A DNA stretch of 56,045 bases from Gammaproteobacteria bacterium (GTDB taxonomy: Bacteria; Pseudomonadota; Gammaproteobacteria; PS1; Pseudothioglobaceae): assembly GCA_008080915.1 (NCBI GenBank), contig VMDI01000049.1, positions 1 to 56,045 of the forward strand. The letters are read 5' to 3'. Numbering within the stretch: the first letter of the stretch is position 1; every line of letters begins with the position of its first letter. Below, one piece after another: positions 50,874-56,045 of the stretch. The notes beneath the pieces were generated by a model. It was not told where the DNA came from, searched no databases, and worked only from the letters and a program-made list of their open reading frames with translations. Made by a program: the position numbers and the translations under genes.

Positions 50874-50914
50874 GTGTAAAGACATCTTTATACCACGTCA
50901 TATAAGGATTTCAA
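50874..50914 (-). promoter_or_regulatory. Sigma70-type promoter of the A2-R2-R1-Sel1-hydrolase operon with overlapping palindromic operator-like motif
   Basis: On the minus strand: TTGAAA (50914-50909), 16-nt spacer, TATAAA (50892-50887). The dyad GTATAAAGA-TG-TCTTTACAC (50893-50874) has perfect core TAAAGA/TCTTTA and overlaps the -10. Confidence 0.5.
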
Positions 50915-50975
50915 GATTTTTTTAAACTATTTGAATATCGTTATATTCTTATATTTATAGTACCAACAATGAAAT

Positions 50976-51422
50976 TTATTTTGAAATTTCATCCATTGCA
51001 AGATTGGCCAACTCATCTGCCATTTCATTTCCGAAATCGCCGCTATGGCCTTTAACCCAGTGCCATTGGATATCAAATTGTTCACAAAGCTGATCAAGCT
51101 GCTGCCAGAGCTCTTGATTCTTGACTGGTTTTTTATTGGCAGTCTTCCATCCCCTTTGTTTCCAGTTAGCAATCCACTCATTGATACCCGTCATCACATA
51201 CTTAGAATCCGTGTGAAGATCAATGGGTAGTGATTTATCTTTTATACTCTCTAAGGCCTTGATGACTGCAGTGAGTTCCATTTGATTATTCGTGGTCGAG
51301 GGTTGAGAGCCTTTTAGTTTTTTTTCATGCTCTCCAAACTTCAAATAAACACCCCAACCGCCTATTCCAGGATTTCCTCTGCAACCTCCATCTGTGTATA
51401 TTTGTATTCGTTTAATCGACAT
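50976..51422 (-). CDS. rnhA: Ribonuclease HI
   Basis: 148 aa. [24 protein letters not shown], and DSKY, WVKGHSG..GNE.AD.LA motifs. Confidence 0.95.
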   Translation of the reverse strand: MSIKRIQIYTDGGCRGNPGIGGWGVYLKFGEHEKKLKGSQPSTTNNQMELTAVIKALESIKDKSLPIDLHTDSKYVMTGINEWIANWKQRGWKTANKKPVKNQELWQQLDQLCEQFDIQWHWVKGHSGDFGNEMADELANLAMDEISK

Positions 51423-53181
51423 TACGTTGTAACCAAAATTCTAATAAAGCCAAATGCCAAAGTCTTGAGCCATTCAAAGCAGTCATGTAATCTCTGGGAT
51501 TATCAATTAATTTTTTAACATATTTTCTGTCAAATATGCCTCGATTAACACAGGCCGTTGAATTCAGGATATCAGACATAAAGGTTAAAAATTCTCCTTG
51601 GACATACTTCAAGGCTGGCATTGGAAAATAGCCTTTTTTTCTATCGATAATGCTATCAGGGATTCTCCCTCTCGCCAGATATTTTAAAGGACCCTTGCCC
51701 TCCTCTTTTAACTTAAGATGCTCTGGAATTGATAGTGCATGTTCCACCAATTGATAATCCATGAATGGCACCCTTGCCTCCAGACCCCATGCCATAGTCA
51801 TGTTGTCAACCCTTTTGACAGGATCATCAACAATCAAGCTAGTAATATCCATCCTCAGTACCTTATCCAAAAAGGTTTCAGCACCGGCTCTCGAAAACTC
51901 TTCATTAACCCAATCTTTTGTGTAATTCCTAACCTGAAATTTTGAAGTCACCGTCTCTAGGAATTCATTGTAGGGACGGTCAATGTAGTGCTTAGCAAAT
52001 CTATCATATTCACTTCCGGTTATTTCTGATTGCATTCTTGGGTACCAAAAATATCCAGCAAATGCCTCATCCGCTCCTTGGCCAGATAGCACCACCTTGA
52101 CATCTTTTGAGACCTGCTCTGAGAGAAGATAAAATGCAACTGCATCCTGGCCAACCATTGGCTCTGCCATGTTATCTACTGCTTCTTCTAGTCTAGGTAA
52201 GACAGAATTATTCGGGACAATATATTTAGAATGTGTTGTCTTGTATTGACTAACCACCTGATCAGAGTATTCAAATTCAGATCCTGCCTCATCATCAATA
52301 TCTTCAAATCCTATGGAAAAAGTTCTCACATTTGCATGACCACTTTCTGCAAGAAGCGCAACTAACAACGAAGAGTCAAGTCCACCTGATAACAATACCC
52401 CAATAGGAACATCAGACGCACCCATTCGTTTCTTAACAGCCTCTTTAAGTAAATACTCTGTTTTGTCCAGATAATCTTGATCGCTGTAGTCATTAATTCT
52501 GGAGGCATTGGGATACCAATATTGTCGCGACTTAGACTGACCCTCTTGATTGATGATGAGTGTGCTACCAGGGGGCATTTTCGTAATGCCTTTGATTATC
52601 GTATTGGGAGCAGGAATAACCGCATGAAGTGATAACTGATATTGAAGTCCTATCTCACTGATTGATTTTTCAATGCCAGTTGATAAAAGAGATTGAGTAT
52701 TCGATCCAAAACTTATTGAGTGGTTATCCTGATGAATGTACAGGGGCTTTATTCCCATTCGGTCACGTGCCAGAAAAAGCTGACTCTTGCTGGAGTCCCA
52801 AATGGCAAATGCAAACATGCCATCAAATTTCTTGACACAATCTTGACCCCAAAGATGATAGGATTTAAGAATGACCTCAGAGTCAGATTCTGAGAAAAAA
52901 CGATACCCTTTCTTAATTAACTCAGATCTGAGTACTTGGTAGTTGTATATAGTTCCATTAAATACCAGGGTCAAAGCCAGTTCCCGATCAATCATCGGCT
53001 GAGAGCCATTCTTTGACAGGTCAATAATGCTTAATCTTTGATGTCCAAAACCTATCGGCCCATTAATCCAAGAACCGCTATCATCGGGTCCTCTTCTTTC
53101 AATCTTAGACATCATGGATTTGATGGTCTGAGAATTCACTGTTTGGTGGTCAAATCTTAGCTGTCCACAAATTCCGCACAT
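51412..53181 (-). CDS. asnB: Asparagine synthase family glutamine amidotransferase (AsnB/AsnO-like)
   Basis: 589 aa with N-terminal nucleophile MCGI and PP-loop SGGLDSS. The exact substrate (asparagine or a related amide) is not resolvable by eye. Confidence 0.85.
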   Translation of the reverse strand: MCGICGQLRFDHQTVNSQTIKSMMSKIERRGPDDSGSWINGPIGFGHQRLSIIDLSKNGSQPMIDRELALTLVFNGTIYNYQVLRSELIKKGYRFFSESDSEVILKSYHLWGQDCVKKFDGMFAFAIWDSSKSQLFLARDRMGIKPLYIHQDNHSISFGSNTQSLLSTGIEKSISEIGLQYQLSLHAVIPAPNTIIKGITKMPPGSTLIINQEGQSKSRQYWYPNASRINDYSDQDYLDKTEYLLKEAVKKRMGASDVPIGVLLSGGLDSSLLVALLAESGHANVRTFSIGFEDIDDEAGSEFEYSDQVVSQYKTTHSKYIVPNNSVLPRLEEAVDNMAEPMVGQDAVAFYLLSEQVSKDVKVVLSGQGADEAFAGYFWYPRMQSEITGSEYDRFAKHYIDRPYNEFLETVTSKFQVRNYTKDWVNEEFSRAGAETFLDKVLRMDITSLIVDDPVKRVDNMTMAWGLEARVPFMDYQLVEHALSIPEHLKLKEEGKGPLKYLARGRIPDSIIDRKKGYFPMPALKYVQGEFLTFMSDILNSTACVNRGIFDRKYVKKLIDNPRDYMTALNGSRLWHLALLEFWLQRNVD

Positions 53182-53235
53182 TCGATGCCTTAATAGTAAA
53201 ATGGCTATTTTACAATTTATTCATTCGTTTCTAAG

Positions 53236-54633
53236 ATGGGTCTTACACTTTACGACAAATTGATGGAGTCTCACACCGTTTTGGTGGATGATGGAACTTC
53301 TCTTATTTACATCGATCGTCAATTGATTCATGAGGTAACTTCTCCTCAAGCATTTGAAGGTTTAAAAATGGCCAACAGAGAACCATGGAGATTATCTGCA
53401 TCCCTAGCCGTTCCAGATCACAATGTCCCAACGACTGATCGCTCAGGTGGAGTCGATAGTATTGTCGATCCAATATCAAAAATTCAGGTGGAAACTCTTG
53501 ATAAAAACTGTGATGAATTTGGCATCAATGAAATCAAAATGAATGATATCCGTCAGGGTGTAGTTCACGTGGTGGGTCCAGAACAAGGCGCAACACTTCC
53601 AGGTATGACCGTTGTTTGTGGTGATTCACACACCTCAACTCATGGCGCATTAGGGACTCTGTCATTTGGCATTGGAACCTCAGAGGTTGAACATGTTTTA
53701 GCAACGGGATGCTTGTGGCAAAAAAAATCAAAGAATCTAAAGATCGAAATCAATGGTGAGCTTAATCCTTTTGTGACTGCCAAGGATATTGTTCTATATG
53801 TCATTGGTCAAATTGGTACTGCGGGTGGGACTGGATTTGCAATTGAGTTTGCAGGATCTACGATTGAAAACCTTTCGATAGAGGGCAGGATGACTATTTG
53901 CAATATGGCAATTGAAGCAGGTGCAAGAGTTGGAATCGTTGCTGTCGATGATAAGACCATTGATTATGTCAAAAGCAAACCCATGGCGCCCAAAGGTGAT
54001 GACTTAATGAAAGCCATCGATTACTGGAAAACACTGCACTCAGATGATGACGCTAAATTTGATAAAGTAGTCTCCATTGCTGCCAGTGACATAAAACCTC
54101 AAGTGACTTGGGGGACTTCTCCAGAAATGGTGGTATCCATAGATGGAAATATTCCAGACCCAAAAACAGTCTCAGACAAAGTCAAAGCGACAAGTTATTC
54201 AAATGCTTTGAAATACATCAATCTTGAGGCCAATACACCCATAAATTCAGTCAAGGTAGATAAGATTTTCATTGGTTCTTGCACTAATTCAAGAATTGAA
54301 GACATGCGAGCTGCAGCTTCTGTTCTAAAAGGAAAGAAAATTGCGCCCAACATTAAACTTGCTCTTGCCGTTCCTGGATCTGGATTAGTTAAACAACAAG
54401 CTGAGTCTGAAGGTTTAGATAAAGTTTTTACGGATGCAGGATTTGAGTGGAGAGAGCCTGGATGCTCAATGTGTTTGGCAATGAATGCCGACAAGCTTGA
54501 GCCTGGTGAAAGATGCGCTTCCACTTCCAATAGAAACTTTGAAGGCAGACAAGGTCAGGGCTCATTTACACATCTAGTAAGCCCTTCTGTTGCTGCTGCT
54601 ACTGCGATTGCAGGTCACTTCTCAAACCCATAA
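53236..54633 (+). CDS. leuC: 3-isopropylmalate dehydratase large subunit
   Basis: 465 aa. TLYDKL...H.V.........[13 protein letters not shown] and aconitase-type Cys motifs (CGDSHT, GSCTNSR, C..C). Confidence 0.96.
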   Translation: MGLTLYDKLMESHTVLVDDGTSLIYIDRQLIHEVTSPQAFEGLKMANREPWRLSASLAVPDHNVPTTDRSGGVDSIVDPISKIQVETLDKNCDEFGINEIKMNDIRQGVVHVVGPEQGATLPGMTVVCGDSHTSTHGALGTLSFGIGTSEVEHVLATGCLWQKKSKNLKIEINGELNPFVTAKDIVLYVIGQIGTAGGTGFAIEFAGSTIENLSIEGRMTICNMAIEAGARVGIVAVDDKTIDYVKSKPMAPKGDDLMKAIDYWKTLHSDDDAKFDKVVSIAASDIKPQVTWGTSPEMVVSIDGNIPDPKTVSDKVKATSYSNALKYINLEANTPINSVKVDKIFIGSCTNSRIEDMRAAASVLKGKKIAPNIKLALAVPGSGLVKQQAESEGLDKVFTDAGFEWREPGCSMCLAMNADKLEPGERCASTSNRNFEGRQGQGSFTHLVSPSVAAATAIAGHFSNP

Positions 54634-54636
54634 ATT

Positions 54637-55251
54637 ATGAAAAAATTCGAAAAAATTACCTCAATTGCTGCCCCACTTGATCGTGCCAATGTGGATACAG
54701 ATGCAATCATCCCGAAGCAATTTTTAAAATCGATTCATCGATCTGGATTTGGTCCCAATCTATTTGATGAGTGGCGTTATCTTGATCATGGTGAGCCTGG
54801 CATGGATAACTCAAAAAGACCTTTAAATATGGACTTTGTTCTTAACCAAGAACAATACCAATCTGCCAAGATTTTATTAGCTCGAGAAAATTTTGGTTGT
54901 GGCTCATCCAGAGAACATGCGCCCTGGGCTCTTTTGGATCATGGTTTTGAAATCATTATCGCTCCCAGTTTTGCAGATATTTTTTATAACAACTGTTTTA
55001 AAAATGGAATCTTGCCAATTGCCTTAAGTGACAGTGAAGTTGATGCGCTGTTTAATTATTCAGGTGAGATTACGGTTGATCTTGAGAATCAATCGGTCTC
55101 AACTTCTGAAGGGTCTTATCAATTTGATGTGGATTCAGAAAGAAAGAGAAGATTATTAAACGGACTTGATGACATTGGTCTTACACTTCAACATGCGGAT
55201 AAAATTAAAGCGTTTGAGAGAGATCACTTTAACGCCCATCCTTGGCTATGA
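54637..55251 (+). CDS. leuD: 3-isopropylmalate dehydratase small subunit
   Basis: 204 aa. [14 protein letters not shown] and [13 protein letters not shown] motifs. Confidence 0.95.
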   Translation: MKKFEKITSIAAPLDRANVDTDAIIPKQFLKSIHRSGFGPNLFDEWRYLDHGEPGMDNSKRPLNMDFVLNQEQYQSAKILLARENFGCGSSREHAPWALLDHGFEIIIAPSFADIFYNNCFKNGILPIALSDSEVDALFNYSGEITVDLENQSVSTSEGSYQFDVDSERKRRLLNGLDDIGLTLQHADKIKAFERDHFNAHPWL

Positions 55252-55820
55252 TTGGCACCTTAACAGGAAAAATTACCCAACTAAATCCTCCAGAGTTAAT
55301 TCTTGAAGTCAATGGCATTGGTTACGAAATAAACTGCCCTTTACCTACCTTTTACAAAATTTCTGAATCTGAAACCATTACACTGCATACCCATTTTCAG
55401 GTGAAAGAGGATTTGCAAGCGCTCTATGGTTTCTTGACAGAAAGTGAGAAGAAACTTTTCAGAGAACTGATCAAGGTCAATGGCATTGGTCCAAAGGTTG
55501 CTTTGGCGATTCTTTCACACCTGGAGCCTGGTAACTTGATAGATTGCATCTCAAGAGAGGATGTTGACCTAATCTCTAAAACCCCTGGTATTGGCAAGAA
55601 GACGGCTCAAAAACTGATTGTTGAACTAAAAGATCGTGTTGCAGGCACTCAAGTCACTGGAATTGATTCAAAACCATCTCATAATGATAATGCCCTCAAA
55701 GCTAGGCAGGCACTTGAGTCTTTAGGCTTTAAATCTAAAGAGATTGAAAAAATGTTGGGTGGTATTGACACCAACCTCAGCACTGAAGAAATTATCAAGG
55801 CCGCCCTTAAAAACAATTAA
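55248..55820 (+). CDS. ruvA: Holliday junction branch-migration complex subunit RuvA
   Basis: Start placed at ATG 55248 (MIGTLTGKI, like E. coli MIGRLRG), overlapping the leuD stop as ATGA; the ORF track starts at TTG 55242. HhH motifs ([18 protein letters not shown]). Confidence 0.93.
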   Translation: MIGTLTGKITQLNPPELILEVNGIGYEINCPLPTFYKISESETITLHTHFQVKEDLQALYGFLTESEKKLFRELIKVNGIGPKVALAILSHLEPGNLIDCISREDVDLISKTPGIGKKTAQKLIVELKDRVAGTQVTGIDSKPSHNDNALKARQALESLGFKSKEIEKMLGGIDTNLSTEEIIKAALKNN

Positions 55821-55870
55821 CTTAGTTTTATCCCGTGAATAAATCTATCATCTGTTGATAGAATTTACTC

Positions 55871-56045
55871 ATGAAAAAAATACTTTCAGCATTAATTCCT
55901 TTTTTTTTACTTCATGCAAATATTTCAAATGCTCACCCTGAGATTGAACTGAAAAATGCATTCTTAGCTAAAGGTGTTAATCATCAACCTAGAACCAAAT
56001 ACTTCAATGATGATAAATCGCCCAAGTACACCAATCATCTAATTC
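55871..56045 (+). CDS. 5' part of a secreted protein, possibly a DUF255/YyaL-type thioredoxin-domain protein (runs off the window)
   Basis: Signal peptide MKKILSALIPFFLLHANISNA. ..PKYTNHLI resembles the segment that precedes SPYLLQHA in DUF255 proteins. Only 58 codons are visible. Confidence 0.4.
   Translation, partial: MKKILSALIPFFLLHANISNAHPEIELKNAFLAKGVNHQPRTKYFNDDKSPKYTNHLI

Overview
This is a visibly AT-rich, very gene-dense bacterial chromosome segment with about 70 CDS and 3 tRNAs. Many genes overlap by 1-30 nt, and two convergent gene pairs meet stop-to-stop with no spacer. I saw no rRNA, CRISPR array, IS element or integrase.

Gene content and synteny look gammaproteobacterial: obg-proB, folK-panB-panC, ndk-rlmN-x-ispG, smpB/ratA, rpoZ, dksA, waaA. 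A CbbY-type phosphatase, periplasmic rhodaneses and a sulfur-globule-like repeat protein suggest a streamlined marine sulfur-oxidising lineage (SUP05/Thioglobaceae-like). That assignment is inference only.

Most of the window is core housekeeping:
- central and amino-acid metabolism: icd, ilvA, leuCD, asnB
- cofactor and isoprenoid synthesis: thiL, thiC, hemB, nadA, ispG
- nucleotide metabolism, translation and DNA/RNA functions: purL, aspS, map, htpX, ndk, HU, rnhA, ruvA

Four parts are not core:
1. 47.4-50.9 kb holds an all-secreted, cysteine-centred operon. It encodes two tandem CPPFC-rhodaneses, a Sel1-repeat protein and an alpha/beta hydrolase with a Cys at the nucleophile elbow. It is bracketed by two inverted paralogous genes for acidic 3-Cys mini-proteins that share a palindromic operator-like motif. 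This is my best candidate for an undescribed system.
2. 24.9-26.6 kb is a tRNA-adjacent islet of small secreted two-Cys proteins. It includes a strongly signalled micro-operon (63-aa helical protein plus an unannotated 26-aa hydrophobic peptide).
3. 16.4-23.4 kb is an acetate-uptake/activation cluster. It encloses the uncharacterised cNMP/CBS/DUF294 nucleotidyltransferase plus DEDDh exonuclease pair and an orphan membrane protein.
4. 83-601 encodes a secreted two-module repeat protein.

All product calls were made by eye from the ORF translations (motifs and family resemblance). No database search or covariance model was run. Start codons are uncertain where noted.
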